Below, one piece after another: positions 29,489 to 39,990 of a stretch of 64,000 nucleotides of DNA (its first letter is position 1; each line of letters opens with the position of its first letter). The DNA comes from Candidatus Nomurabacteria bacterium (GTDB taxonomy: Bacteria; Patescibacteriota; Minisyncoccia; Phycocordibacterales; UBA9973). The DNA lies in assembly GCA_023267375.1 (NCBI GenBank), contig JAHFNJ010000004.1, positions 513 to 64,512 of the forward strand. The letters are read 5' to 3'. The translations under genes were made by a program, and so were the position numbers. A model generated the notes under the pieces. The model worked only from the letters and a program-made list of their open reading frames with translations. It ran no database searches and was not told the DNA's origin.

Positions 29489-29896
29489 CTATCTACATTC
29501 TGGTGATACCGAACCTAGTTCCGTAAAATGCTTCTCTGCAACTTCCCCTGTCTTTGCATTTATGAATACTTCGGGAATATTTCCGGCAATATCATTCGAT
29601 CCTCCAGCAACACGTACCATACCAAACTGATCAGTAGTTGAATACACCACACCTACTCGCCAATACTTTTGAACTTCTGGATTCAAAGATACCTGTCGAT
29701 CAATGAGGGCCGCCGTGAGAGACTCGACTTCAATCTTATTTGCCTCAGTCGACACCCAACACTTTTTTATTATCGGATCAGCAATACTGAGTGCTTCTTG
29801 TTTTGAAATGTAATGATTTTTCATCCAAGCAAAGTATCCGATGCCAAGGATTATGACAAGAATGATGATTATGTAGGCTAGTGAATTTTTTTTCAT
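29489..29896 (-). CDS. Hypothetical membrane-anchored protein (PepSY-like) inserted in the atp operon
   Basis: N-terminal TM, ISKQEALSIA...YWRV...VFINAKTGEV resembles a PepSY fold. Confidence 0.6.
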   Translation of the reverse strand: MKKNSLAYIIIILVIILGIGYFAWMKNHYISKQEALSIADPIIKKCWVSTEANKIEVESLTAALIDRQVSLNPEVQKYWRVGVVYSTTDQFGMVRVAGGSNDIAGNIPEVFINAKTGEVAEKHFTELGSVSPECR

Positions 29897-29900
29897 AGTT

Positions 29901-31403
29901 TTACTTTAAGAAAGTTACTTTGAAATCAGCAATCGCCTTTTTAATATTCCCCTCCTCGCCCTCGCTCCACATACCTTTTTCTTTGACTTCACTCATGAAG
30001 TTTTTGGCATTAACAGATGCGTAGTCGATCAAGCCTGTTTCGAATTCTTTGATTTTTTCAACTGGCACATCATCCATATAACCACGAGTGAGCGCATAGA
30101 GAGCCACCACTTGGTTTTCAACGACAACCGGTGAGTACTGAGGCTGTTTCAACATTTCAACGGCACGGCGTCCGCGGTCGAGTGTTTTCTTTGTGCTTTC
30201 ATCGAGATCAGAACCGAACTGTGAGAATGCTTCAAGTTCGCGGAATTGCGCGAGGTCGAGCTTGAGTGTTCCCGCCACTTTCTTCATAGCTTTGATCTGC
30301 GCTGATGAACCCACGCGAGACACCGAGAAACCGACGTTTACCGCAGGACGAATACCTTTGTAGAAAAGATCTGTTTCCAAGAAAATCTGACCGTCGGTGA
30401 TAGAAATAACGTTTGTCGGAATGTACGCAGAAATGTCGCCTGCTTGGGTTTCAATGATTGGAAGCGCAGTAATAGAACCTCCGCCAGCTTCTTTGTTGCG
30501 GCGGCAAGCACGCTCGAGCAAGCGTGAGTGCAAGTAGAAGACATCTCCTGGGTATGCTTCACGGCCTGGTGGACGGCGGAGCAAGAGTGAGATTTCGCGG
30601 TATGCCACAGCGTGTTTCGAAAGATCATCGTAAATGATGAGAACGTCCTGACCTTGATCCATGAAGTATTCAGCAATAGCCACACCAGTGTAAGGTGCGA
30701 TATATGAGAGTGCAGCAGATTCTGATGCGCCTGCAGAAACGATAACGGTGTAATCCATTGCGCCGCCTTCACGAAGACGAGTTTCGAGTTTGCGGAGTTT
30801 TGAATCTTTTTGACCGATCGAAACGTAGACACAGATAAGGTTCTGGCCTTTTTGGTTCAAGATGGTGTCTATAGCGATTGCAGTCTTACCGGTCTGACGG
30901 TCGCCGATGATGAGTTCGCGTTGTCCACGACCAATCGGAATAAGTGCGTCGATAGCTTTGATTCCAGTCTGTACTGGCTGATCCACTGACTGACGAGTAA
31001 TAACACCAGAAGCTACGCGTTCTACTGGATACATTGCATCGCCCTTAAGCGCACCTTTACCGTCGATAGCAGCACCGAGCGCGTTTACCACGCGACCAAT
31101 CGTGCCTTTTCCTACTGGTACTTCCAAAATCTTGCCGGTTGCACGAACTTCGTCACCTTCTTTAATCTTTGAGAAATCACCGAGAATAACCACACCCACA
31201 GAATCTTCTTCGAGGTTGAGCGCTACGCCTGTTTCGCCATGAGCAAACGTCACCATTTCCGATGCTTTGATATCAGAAAGTCCTGACACTTTTGCTACGC
31301 CGTCGAACACTTCCTGCACCACGCCGACTTTTTCAGCTTTTGTATGAGCTTTGAATTCGCCGATTGCCTGTTTTAAATTTTCTACGATTGTTGATTTTGA
31401 CAT
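29901..31403 (-). CDS. atpA: F1 alpha subunit
   Basis: [31 protein letters not shown]. Confidence 0.98.
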   Translation of the reverse strand: MSKSTIVENLKQAIGEFKAHTKAEKVGVVQEVFDGVAKVSGLSDIKASEMVTFAHGETGVALNLEEDSVGVVILGDFSKIKEGDEVRATGKILEVPVGKGTIGRVVNALGAAIDGKGALKGDAMYPVERVASGVITRQSVDQPVQTGIKAIDALIPIGRGQRELIIGDRQTGKTAIAIDTILNQKGQNLICVYVSIGQKDSKLRKLETRLREGGAMDYTVIVSAGASESAALSYIAPYTGVAIAEYFMDQGQDVLIIYDDLSKHAVAYREISLLLRRPPGREAYPGDVFYLHSRLLERACRRNKEAGGGSITALPIIETQAGDISAYIPTNVISITDGQIFLETDLFYKGIRPAVNVGFSVSRVGSSAQIKAMKKVAGTLKLDLAQFRELEAFSQFGSDLDESTKKTLDRGRRAVEMLKQPQYSPVVVENQVVALYALTRGYMDDVPVEKIKEFETGLIDYASVNAKNFMSEVKEKGMWSEGEEGNIKKAIADFKVTFLK

Positions 31404-31404
31404 A

Positions 31405-31809
31405 TTATTTTACGAGATATTCTTCTAATTGTTTCAGTTTGGTTTTGAGACTCGCGTCATACAGTGTGTCCCCGACTTTTATTTTCACTCCGCCAAGCAA
31501 ACTTTCATCTTCGCTTTCTTCCATCACGACATGCTCTGCTTTGTGCTTGTCGGCAATGAAATGTTTGATGTCGTGACGTTCTCGTTCAGTGAGCTTATTC
31601 TTTGATGACACGACAGCTCTGGCAGTTTTGTGCTCCTCGTCATAAATCTTCTCAAAGCGTTTCAAGAATTGTGCTGTGTGCGACAACGCTCCATGCTGTT
31701 TGATCATGAGAAGTGCGGCATGAATGAGTTTCTGTTGCTCTTCATGGGTCTTCCCTTCCGTTGCTTCATAGAGAGCGTCCGCTAAATTGTTAATATCAAA
31801 CTTTGCCAT
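31405..31809 (-). CDS. atpH: F1 delta subunit (short form)
   Basis: [25 protein letters not shown]; operon position. Confidence 0.88.
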   Translation of the reverse strand: MAKFDINNLADALYEATEGKTHEEQQKLIHAALLMIKQHGALSHTAQFLKRFEKIYDEEHKTARAVVSSKNKLTERERHDIKHFIADKHKAEHVVMEESEDESLLGGVKIKVGDTLYDASLKTKLKQLEEYLVK

Positions 31810-31812
31810 ATA

Positions 31813-32310
31813 TTATTTAAAGTGCGCCACACTCGTTTCAATAAGTGCTGCATCGATCTTTTCACTGATTCCCTTCGTTAATACTTTCTCTGTGGCAGAA
31901 GTTACCAAACTCGCAAGTTCTTTCTTTGCATCATCCAACATCTTTTTCTTTTCTTCTTCGAGCGTTGCTGTACCTTGCGCCATTATTTTTGAAACTTCTT
32001 TCTTGGCATCTTCGAGCATTTCATTTTTCTTCATTTCAGCGTCTTTCTTCGCCTTTGCGAAAATATCACTTGCTTCCTTACGCGCTTCTGCCAAAGCTTT
32101 GTCATATTCTGCCTGTGTTTTCAAAAGCGTTTCAGCATTTACCTTTGCATCAGCCAAACCTTTTTCAATATTTGCTGAACGTTCACTCATAAGCTTGCCA
32201 AGTGGCTTAATAGCAAAACGATAGAGTACGAAAATAACCACAGCAAAGTTTATGAGCTGCGCGATCAAAATTTTTATATCGAGGTGAAATGAAGAAACAA
32301 TTGATTCCAT
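31813..32310 (-). CDS. atpF: F0 subunit b
   Basis: AQLINF..LYRFAIKPL..ERSANIEKGL; start moved to ATG 32310. Confidence 0.93.
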   Translation of the reverse strand: MESIVSSFHLDIKILIAQLINFAVVIFVLYRFAIKPLGKLMSERSANIEKGLADAKVNAETLLKTQAEYDKALAEARKEASDIFAKAKKDAEMKKNEMLEDAKKEVSKIMAQGTATLEEEKKKMLDDAKKELASLVTSATEKVLTKGISEKIDAALIETSVAHFK

Positions 32311-32411
32311 AATAGTTGGATAAAATAATAGTAAGAAAGACTGTTCTAACGAACAGTTGAAGATGTAAGAACGAAGGATAGGACTTCGCACTCACACCTA
32401 GCAACTATCAA

Positions 32412-32660
<249 letters not shown>

Positions 32661-32685
32661 TTAACTAATAATGTTTAAAACCCTA

Positions 32686-32737
32686 GATTCCGGGTCAAGT
32701 ACATAATGATAGATCATTCTGGACTTGATACGGAATC
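32686..32737. repeat. Degenerate REP/RPE-like palindrome between atpB and atpE
   Basis: GATTCCG-GGTCAAGT...AATGA-TAGA-TCATT...ACTTGA-TA-CGGAATC nested inverted repeat. Confidence 0.55.
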
Positions 32738-32746
32738 CTGTTTCAT

Positions 32747-33625
32747 TTATGCATGTGCAACTTCTTCCATCTCAAACTCAACTTCTTTCTCTAATGTCTC
32801 AGCATGATCGTGTTCTTCATGATCTTGAGCAGCAATCGTAAAGTAGACGAGCACTAAGATCGAGAAGATCAAGGCCTGGATAAGCCCCACGAACACTTCA
32901 AGAAACAAGAATGGAACAGGGAGAACATACGCAAAAATAGCCGCCATCGCGCCCAAGAGGACCTCGCCGGCAAAGACGTTACCGAATAATCGGAACGACA
33001 AGGAAGCGACTTTTGCTGCTTCTCCCACAAGCTCGAGCATTCCAACAAAGAACATAATCGGCGCAGTCAAAAGGATCATTGGCTCCTTACGGACCTTTGT
33101 AAAAATACTACCGAGCGCCTTAAGATTAACATATTTATTGAACATTTTCCACGCACCGATTGAGACAATTCCAAAGAGATTTGAACCGATAACAGCGCAC
33201 AAAGCGAGCGCAATAGTGGTGTTTACATCAGCTGTCCCACTTCGCAAAAATGGAATAAAGGAAGTGCCTTCTGCCCCCTTTTCAAGCAAACCAAAAGAAC
33301 CGAATGGGAGTATTCCCAACCAGTTATTGATGAGCACGAATGTAAATATTGAGAAAGCCAACGGAAAAACTCGTGTAGTAATTTTTCGATCCCCCGTTAC
33401 TTGGTCTGCGAGTGAGTATGCGCCCTCGAGAATTATTTCAAACCCGTTTTGGAGCTTACCAGGAACATTGCGAAGTTTAGTCTTAAGAAGAGCAACAAAG
33501 AGAATAATGATAGCTACTGTTATCCAACTGGTAAGCAACGCATTTGTGATTTGAAAATTACCGACATGTGCTATCGGTTCAGCGTAAAGTGTTACTTCAT
33601 GTTTTACTTCAGTGTTGTTTTCCAT
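32747..33625 (-). CDS. atpB: F0 subunit a
   Basis: SLSFRLFGNVFAGE, GLIQALIF. Confidence 0.95.
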   Translation of the reverse strand: MENNTEVKHEVTLYAEPIAHVGNFQITNALLTSWITVAIIILFVALLKTKLRNVPGKLQNGFEIILEGAYSLADQVTGDRKITTRVFPLAFSIFTFVLINNWLGILPFGSFGLLEKGAEGTSFIPFLRSGTADVNTTIALALCAVIGSNLFGIVSIGAWKMFNKYVNLKALGSIFTKVRKEPMILLTAPIMFFVGMLELVGEAAKVASLSFRLFGNVFAGEVLLGAMAAIFAYVLPVPFLFLEVFVGLIQALIFSILVLVYFTIAAQDHEEHDHAETLEKEVEFEMEEVAHA

Positions 33626-33637
33626 AAAAATTTGTTT

Positions 33638-33728
33638 AAGTATACTGGTACGTTAGTAAGCTGGTAAGTTAGACGGGCTCAATCGGAATTTTTCTAGCTT
33701 ACTAATTTACTAGATTACTAACTTACTT
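33638..33728. repeat. 91-bp inverted 8-mer-array element (empty form), second copy
   Basis: AAGTATAC TGGTACGT TAGTAAGC TGGTAAGT TAG (33638-33672), 21 nt, then CTAGCTTA CTAATTTA CTAGATTA CTAACTTA CTT (33694-33728). Supplies the stop of the AtpZ-like gene. Confidence 0.85.
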
Positions 33729-34011
33729 TCTCTCTGTCTTTCTTTTCTTTATCCTCTTTTTCAAGCTTCTTAATATATGCCTTGATCACTTTTACAATCA
33801 TGAAGCATGATGCCAGAAAAGCCATCGCGATAAGTCCTAAAAATATCCATGGCTTGGTACCAAAATGCTTATCAAGCGCCCTTCCAATAATAACCGCAAG
33901 AACAAGCGGTAAGGCTACCCACATTGAAACTTGTCCAAAAATAATGAGGGATGGCTGCCACCACGGAGTTTTGTTTTGAGGATCAGGGGTCATAATATAG
34001 AAAAAGGCCAC
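33718..34011 (-). CDS. AtpZ/AtpI-family (ATPase gene 1) protein
   Basis: IGRALDKHFGTKPW, 2 TM; first gene of the atp operon. Start may be ATG 33993. Confidence 0.8.
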   Translation of the reverse strand: MAFFYIMTPDPQNKTPWWQPSLIIFGQVSMWVALPLVLAVIIGRALDKHFGTKPWIFLGLIAMAFLASCFMIVKVIKAYIKKLEKEDKEKKDREKVS

Positions 34012-34108
34012 AAAATGACCGACCCCAGTATAACGGAAATTGTTAAAAAAGTATAGGGTTTGTTTGATATTATTTGAAAATTTGGTATAGTGCTACTCGT
34101 TACCGTTT

Positions 34109-34181
34109 GCGTGTGTAGCTCAGCTGGTAGAGCATTCGACTGATACTCGAAAGGTCCCAGGTTCGATCCCTGGCACACGCA
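34109..34181 (+). tRNA. tRNA-Ile(GAT)
   Basis: Acceptor stem GCGTGTG/CACACGC, D-arm TAGCTCAGCTGGTAGAGC, anticodon arm TTCGA-CTGATAC-TCGAA, T-arm CCAGG-TTCGATC-CCTGG. CCA is not encoded. Confidence 0.92.
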
Positions 34182-34249
34182 CCTCAATTTGGTCTTGAAT
34201 GCGTGTTATACTTAGATGGTTAGATTTAGTACATAATTTTATAAAATGT

Positions 34250-34936
34250 ATGTCTTTAGAGTCATCTAATTTTGCAGTAAAAAATGCGGAAACAATAAAT
34301 GAACAAGCGGCACTCGAAAACAAGGTCCCAGAGGAGCTTAAGACAGAACTCACAAAACATCCACGTTTCCGAAAGTTAATATATGCTTTTTTAACTTCTA
34401 CTATACTGCTAACTACGGGAATAAAGTCAGAAGCACAGAAAAGCAGCTACCTTTTTTCTGATACTAAAAAATTAGAGATGAGACGTTCAAACGAGCAGCT
34501 ATCGAAAGAAGTAGACTCGTTGTTTCAAGAAATGCTGAAAAGTGGTGCTTTCGAGCAAGGAATTTCTGATCCCAGAGAGTACAAAGCTAAAACACCGAAA
34601 AAATTAAGTATTAGGTTTACAGATACTGATAATGACAAGCACTTTTCAAAAGGAGATAGTTTTGACTACATGAGCTGGACAGAAAACGGAAGCATGAAGA
34701 TTATTTCAATAAATAAAGAAGGTGAAACCCGAGCTGCTGATTTTAATATGCGAAACCCTCATCAATCTGGAATTGAGGGTGCTGAAATTGTCACCCTGGG
34801 ACAACTTACAAGCGAAACAGGGATCATTTATGAAACAGGAGATGGTGATATAAATATGCCCGTAGCAAGGAAGGTGTTGACCCATCAAGATCAGGTTAAA
34901 ATTTTAAATGATGTAATAACTACTCTATATAAATAA
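34250..34936 (+). CDS. Hypothetical exported protein
   Basis: Charged N-terminal extension followed by an internal signal-like segment (RFRKLIYAFLTSTILLTTG..SEA); terminator at 34935-34962. Confidence 0.65.
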   Translation: MSLESSNFAVKNAETINEQAALENKVPEELKTELTKHPRFRKLIYAFLTSTILLTTGIKSEAQKSSYLFSDTKKLEMRRSNEQLSKEVDSLFQEMLKSGAFEQGISDPREYKAKTPKKLSIRFTDTDNDKHFSKGDSFDYMSWTENGSMKIISINKEGETRAADFNMRNPHQSGIEGAEIVTLGQLTSETGIIYETGDGDINMPVARKVLTHQDQVKILNDVITTLYK

Positions 34937-34962
34937 AAAAACTCCCTTTCGGGAGTTTTTTT
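34935..34962. terminator. Bidirectional terminator
   Basis: AAAAAAACTCCC-TTTC-GGGAGTTTTTTT. Confidence 0.8.
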
Positions 34963-34984
34963 ATTTTGAGATACTAATGAGGTA

Positions 34985-35287
34985 TTAGTAATCTCGGCGT
35001 CCACCTCCAGAGAAACCTCCAGATCGTGGAGGACGAGCCTCCATAGGACGAGCTTCGTTCACAGTCAACTTTCGTCCACCGAAGTCTTGACCGTTGAACA
35101 TTGAGATAGCTTTCTCAGCGTCAGCATCATTTGACATCTCTACGAATCCAAAACCTTTGGAACGTCCAGACATCTTATCCATGATAATGGTTGCTGATTC
35201 AACAGCGCCAGCCTGCTCGAAATGAGCGCGAAGCTCATCGTCAGTTGTGCTGTAAGGTAAGCCACCTACATACAATTTCTTTGCCAT
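34985..35287 (-). CDS. RRM RNA-binding protein with Gly-rich tail
   Basis: LYVGGL (RNP2), KGFGFVEM (RNP1), VNEARP. Confidence 0.95.
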   Translation of the reverse strand: MAKKLYVGGLPYSTTDDELRAHFEQAGAVESATIIMDKMSGRSKGFGFVEMSNDADAEKAISMFNGQDFGGRKLTVNEARPMEARPPRSGGFSGGGRRDY

Positions 35288-35438
35288 ATATGACAATTTA
35301 CTCAGTTTATTCCTTTTGCAAGGAGTAAACCAAAACTAACTTATAAATGTAATCGCCTTTGGCCGATTTCCATCCATAACCTCAATGTTTTTGACACGAA
35401 GCATGAAACGAGAAAGACTTTTGGAAACTACTGCCAAA

Positions 35439-35467
35439 AGAATAGCACATATAAACGAAAAAAGCAA
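35439..35467 (-). promoter_or_regulatory. Promoter of the RRM gene, implying a ~145-nt leader
   Basis: TTGCTT-17 nt-TATTCT with extended TGn. Confidence 0.6.
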
Positions 35468-35493
35468 GGTGTTGGGGATAAGTAAAATAAGGG

Positions 35494-36465
35494 TTATTCC
35501 TCATCCTCCCCCGTTTCCCCACTCTCAAGGGCCTCGAGGATCTTATCTATCTCTCCGCGCATGATGCCAGGGATGTTTGAAAACGATTTTTTGATACGAT
35601 GGTCGGTCACACGGTCCTGTGGAAAGTTGTAAGTGCGGATTTTTTCACTGCGATCTGCGGTACCAATCTGCGCTTTTCGATCACCAGCGTATTTTTTTGC
35701 CTCTTCTTCCTCTTTTAACTGTTGGAGCTTTGCAGTAAGAATTGTCATCGCCTTCTCACGATTTGCGAGCTGACTACGTTCACTCGTCGAACGCACATCG
35801 ATGCCTGTTGGCTTGTGAATAAGGCGCACCGCTGTCTCCACTTTGTTCACGTTCTGCCCTCCAGCGCCACCGGAACGAGAATATTCCATATCAAGATCCG
35901 CAGGATTGATCACAAAGTTTACTTTTTTACGAATTGGAAGAATTGCAACTGAAGCAGTCGAGGTATGAATACGGCCATTTTTTTCAGTTCCCGGAACACG
36001 TTGCACACGATGAACTCCTGTCTCATGACGAAGCAAGCGGTACACATCTTTGCCTTTGAATTCAAAGGATGCTTCTTTGTAGCCGCCGACTTCATTTTCT
36101 GGTGCATAGTTTGTTTTATATTCCCATCCATGAGCATCAGCGTAGCGCTTATACATTTCTGCAAGTTGCCAAGCAAAAAGCGAGGCTTCATCACCGCCTG
36201 CCCCAGCGCGTACTTCCATGACAATTTCATTTGGAAATTCTTCTTCTACTTTTTCTGATTTTTGAATTTCAGCAATCTGTCGCTCCACTCCTTCGCGTTG
36301 TTCCTTCAAAACCTCAAGTTCTTCTTCTGCCATTTCAGCCATACTCGGGTCAGTGGCTGCCATATCTTCTACTGATTTTTGCTCTTTCAAAATGCGTTCG
36401 TATTCGTTCGCAAGATACGACGTTTTGTGATTCTTCTTCAATTCTTCGAGATTAAAATCAGACAT
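35494..36465 (-). CDS. prfA: Peptide chain release factor 1
   Basis: GGQ motif; RF1 PxT motif in RVQRVPGTE. Confidence 0.93.
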   Translation of the reverse strand: MSDFNLEELKKNHKTSYLANEYERILKEQKSVEDMAATDPSMAEMAEEELEVLKEQREGVERQIAEIQKSEKVEEEFPNEIVMEVRAGAGGDEASLFAWQLAEMYKRYADAHGWEYKTNYAPENEVGGYKEASFEFKGKDVYRLLRHETGVHRVQRVPGTEKNGRIHTSTASVAILPIRKKVNFVINPADLDMEYSRSGGAGGQNVNKVETAVRLIHKPTGIDVRSTSERSQLANREKAMTILTAKLQQLKEEEEAKKYAGDRKAQIGTADRSEKIRTYNFPQDRVTDHRIKKSFSNIPGIMRGEIDKILEALESGETGEDEE

Positions 36466-36542
36466 AAGACTATTGTAACAGCCAAAAGAAAAATCGCCAT
36501 TATCCGTTTTTCACGGTGGCGATTTTTCGAGTGAAACTATCG

Positions 36543-36770
36543 TTATTTCTTAGCTTTTGCTTTTTCCTTTGAGAGAGCTGTGCGCTTCTTGAATTTATCT
36601 ACACGGCCAGCTGTATCGAGCACTTTTTCGTTACCTGTATAGAATGGATGGCACTGACTGCAGATTTCAACCTGTACGTCTTCCTTTGTTCCAGGAATAG
36701 CGAAAACAGCTCCGCAAGCGCAGGTGATCTTAGCATTAGTAAAGTATTTTGGGTGAATTTCTGTTTTCAT
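36543..36770 (-). CDS. rpmE: 50S ribosomal protein L31 (Zn-binding type)
   Basis: [29 protein letters not shown]. Confidence 0.96.
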   Translation of the reverse strand: MKTEIHPKYFTNAKITCACGAVFAIPGTKEDVQVEICSQCHPFYTGNEKVLDTAGRVDKFKKRTALSKEKAKAKK

Positions 36771-36847
36771 ATGTATGACTAAGTTAACACACTTTAAGGA
36801 AACTTGCAAATCCTGGTTTGGGCTGCTTTTTCGGCCAATTATATGGC

Positions 36848-38206
36848 CTAGTTCAATGGGTCAATCATATTAAGTTGGATATTTTGAGCTTTCTGCATCA
36901 CGCTTATACCATAAGGCGAACTCACTGTGGTACAGCCGCTCCCTCCTCCATAGTACTTACAAGCTGCAGACTTTTCAGAGCTGTATGTTTGCGCTCCTGC
37001 CCCCAAATCACCCAAATACATTGCAGAAGCCATGAAGGCATCACGTGGTACCCATGGATCAGGGGTTTTTGTGCCAAGCGCCGTACTCAAGCGACTGATG
37101 AACATTTTCCAGGTCGAAGGAATAAACTGCGCTGGGCCCATCGCACCACCGTACCCATAGCCGCCAATCGGACACGAAACGAGTGTTTTATATGGATCGC
37201 GTCCAAGCGATTTTGTAATTTCAAGAAACGGCCCAACATCACGCGTTGGCTTCATTACATTCGCAACAACAATTCCACGGCGAATACCGAACCCTGTTCC
37301 GGTCGTTGGATCAGTGAGGTAGCACGAACCTTGATCAGTTCCAAGGTTTGATTCTTGAGTGAGGATGGCGAGCAGAAACGCTGGACGAACACCGGTTTTT
37401 TGTGATGCAGCATTTGCATATTCAAGCGCCTTGCCGAACGGAATGGCTCCTGTGTCGCGAAGGTTGAAGAGTGCGGCACGAATTTTTGCAGCAAGTGCTG
37501 CCTTCGCAGCTTTTTGCTTTTCATACTCAGAAATATTTGAGTTTGTAATAGAGAGCAGCTGCTGTTTCTCAGTCTGGTTTTTTGCGACTTGTTTCTGCGA
37601 CATCTCGAGCTCAGCTTTTGCATCAAGCTCTTTATTTTGCTTATCTTGCAACACCGCTTTTTCTGATTCTGTTTTAGTCTTTGCGGTATCGATTGCTTGT
37701 ACTGATTCTTTTACTGATCGTTTGATTGATTGGAATGATTCGACATCACTGTAAAAATCTGAAATCGTGTTATCCGAAAGAACAAGGTTTACAATCGTAT
37801 TGGAATCCATTTCATTTGTCTTACGCAAGAGTTGCGCCAACGACTGGTGTTCGCGGATAATCTTTTCTTGCAGTGTCTCAATGGTAGAAACTTTTTCAGT
37901 AATATCGGTCTTCAGCTGTGCAATAGCGACTGAACGCGCTTTTATTTTCGTTTTCAATGCATTGATCTGGGCAGTAAGCAACGTTACATCCCCTTTTAAT
38001 GTCCCAGCTTGGCCTTTTAAGGCATTTGATTTGGCGGTAAGGTCTGCGAGTTGTTTTTCCAAATCATTTAACTGTTGCTGGCAAAGCTGTTTTTGAGCAG
38101 CATCCGCCGTTGGAATCGTGCAGTCGTATGCGGCAAGCCCTCTTGAGACAAATGCAGTTGTCGCAAAAAGAACAACGAGTGAAAATATAAGTACTTTTCT
38201 AAACAT
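36848..38206 (-). CDS. Coiled-coil plus lytic transglycosylase (SLT_2/MltB-like) secreted protein
   Basis: Signal peptide, long coiled coil, [21 protein letters not shown]. Confidence 0.85.
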   Translation of the reverse strand: MFRKVLIFSLVVLFATTAFVSRGLAAYDCTIPTADAAQKQLCQQQLNDLEKQLADLTAKSNALKGQAGTLKGDVTLLTAQINALKTKIKARSVAIAQLKTDITEKVSTIETLQEKIIREHQSLAQLLRKTNEMDSNTIVNLVLSDNTISDFYSDVESFQSIKRSVKESVQAIDTAKTKTESEKAVLQDKQNKELDAKAELEMSQKQVAKNQTEKQQLLSITNSNISEYEKQKAAKAALAAKIRAALFNLRDTGAIPFGKALEYANAASQKTGVRPAFLLAILTQESNLGTDQGSCYLTDPTTGTGFGIRRGIVVANVMKPTRDVGPFLEITKSLGRDPYKTLVSCPIGGYGYGGAMGPAQFIPSTWKMFISRLSTALGTKTPDPWVPRDAFMASAMYLGDLGAGAQTYSSEKSAACKYYGGGSGCTTVSSPYGISVMQKAQNIQLNMIDPLN

Positions 38207-38293
38207 GGCGTTATTATAACATAAGCCGAAAACAGATTCTGTTTCTTACAAATAAAAAAGACCCCAGAAGGGGTCTTTTTTATTTGAGTATCT

Positions 38294-38935
38294 TTATTTT
38301 GTTTCGTCAGCAGGAGCTTCGGCGTCTTCTTTCTTACCTTTCTCAACAGACACTTCAATTGCAGAGAGATCAACTGGTCCAGTTTCTTCTTTTTCTTCCT
38401 TTGCAGCCTGAACGAGAGCAACTACTTCTTCAGCTGGAGTAACCGCAACAACCCCCTTTGGTAATACGATATCACTTACGTGAATCTTATCTTCGAGTGT
38501 TGCAAGAGACGAGATATCAACAGTGATTGAGTGTGGAAGATCCTTCGGAAGGGCCTTAATTTCAAGCTCATGGAGCACCTTCGTGAGTGAACCAAGACCT
38601 TGTTTTACCGCTGGTGCTTCGCCAGTAAACTCAAGCGGTACACCAACTTCAATTTCCTTATTCATATCGATAACAAGAAAGTCAGCGTGAATAGGAAAAC
38701 CTTTTACAGGATCAACCTGTACTTCATGAATAAGCGTTTCCACCTTTCCAGATGGAGTTTCGAGAGTAACGGTTGAAGATTCGCCGGCATTCTTCCAAAC
38801 CTTTTCGAACTCTTTAAGCGATACAGCAATAGAAGTAGTTTCTTTGCCAGCACCGTAAAATACAGCCGGCATATAACCGGTCTCAAGAGCGCCCTTTGTG
38901 CCCGCAGTGCGAGCTTTTGCAGTGATTGAAAACAT
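38294..38935 (-). CDS. rplY: 50S ribosomal protein L25/Ctc
   Basis: MPAVFYG, QVDPVKGFPIHADF, ALPKDLPHSITVDIS; start moved to 38935. Confidence 0.93.
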   Translation of the reverse strand: MFSITAKARTAGTKGALETGYMPAVFYGAGKETTSIAVSLKEFEKVWKNAGESSTVTLETPSGKVETLIHEVQVDPVKGFPIHADFLVIDMNKEIEVGVPLEFTGEAPAVKQGLGSLTKVLHELEIKALPKDLPHSITVDISSLATLEDKIHVSDIVLPKGVVAVTPAEEVVALVQAAKEEKEETGPVDLSAIEVSVEKGKKEDAEAPADETK

Positions 38936-39060
38936 GAGGCTCATTATATACAAAAAAGCCAAAAAGGCAAGTTTTGGTGACCACGGCTGTGGCAAAGATC
39001 CTTGCCATACCATTGATTTAATTATATAGTTACGAAAATTTACTTAAAACCCCTGTACCC

Positions 39061-39663
39061 ATGAAAAAGAAAATAAGCGCTGATCCAAAAATGAAGGTGC
39101 CTGGAATTGGAATGCTGCTTGTTGCTCAACCAATGCTACCACCACTTCTAGTAAAAGAGTACCCGTATGTAAAAAGATCAGTAATCTTAATCGTACAGCA
39201 CAACGAAGTAGGGACAATCGGTTTGATTTTAAATAGAATAACTAAAACCACCGTTCCCGAGATAATGACAAACTTCCCTTCATTTGATGTACCTGCATAC
39301 TACGGCGGACCAAAAACCGGAAAAAGTCTATTCTACCTGCATACGTTTGATAATAAAAAATTACCAAAATCAATCGAAATTGGTAATGAAATTTATTGGC
39401 AGGGGGATTTTGAGACACTCAAAATGCTCATAGAAGCAGGAGAAGTACCTGAAGACAAAATTCATTTTGTTGTTGGATCCTGCCACTGGTCAGCCGACGA
39501 GCTCACGAAAGATCTACAAGACAACCTCTTTTTTGTCGAAGTTGCCAAGAAAGAGTACGTTTTCTGTGAGGATTACGACAAACTTTGGGGAAATGTATTG
39601 AAAGATACAGGACATCCATATGGCATTATGAAAAATTTTCCTGTAGATCCGGAATTCAACTAA
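39061..39663 (+). CDS. YqgE/AlgH (UPF0301) family protein
   Basis: LLVAQP..KRSVILIVQHNEVGTIGLILNR..YYGGP..W...L. Confidence 0.82.
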   Translation: MKKKISADPKMKVPGIGMLLVAQPMLPPLLVKEYPYVKRSVILIVQHNEVGTIGLILNRITKTTVPEIMTNFPSFDVPAYYGGPKTGKSLFYLHTFDNKKLPKSIEIGNEIYWQGDFETLKMLIEAGEVPEDKIHFVVGSCHWSADELTKDLQDNLFFVEVAKKEYVFCEDYDKLWGNVLKDTGHPYGIMKNFPVDPEFN

Positions 39664-39717
39664 GCTTTATTCAAATATTTTGAAAAAGAAACCCACTTTA
39701 CAGTGGGTTTTACTTTT

Positions 39718-39951
39718 TTAATACAGCTTTCCATTTAAAAGAGTTTTTATTTGATCTTGTGCGATAGATAAATATTTGCGCATACCCCGACGAATATCTT
39801 TCTCCTCTGCAACTGACTTCGGCCGAGCATTTTGATACCATTCAATTATGTCTCTTTTGAGACCGTCTCGAATCCACTGGATATCATTCATAATATCATC
39901 TTGTCTCTGTTGTGCTCTATTTGTATCAAATTCTTCTTTTTCTTCTGCCAT
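39718..39951 (-). CDS. Hypothetical protein
   Basis: 77-aa helical ORF co-oriented with the upstream operon. Confidence 0.5.
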   Translation of the reverse strand: MAEEKEEFDTNRAQQRQDDIMNDIQWIRDGLKRDIIEWYQNARPKSVAEEKDIRRGMRKYLSIAQDQIKTLLNGKLY

Positions 39952-39990
39952 ACATTTTTAAAAAATTACTACTAATATTTTTATTAGAAC

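Noticed and set aside
34109-34962. Integrative element at tRNA-Ile
   Set aside because: No integrase and no duplicated tRNA 3' end were found downstream.
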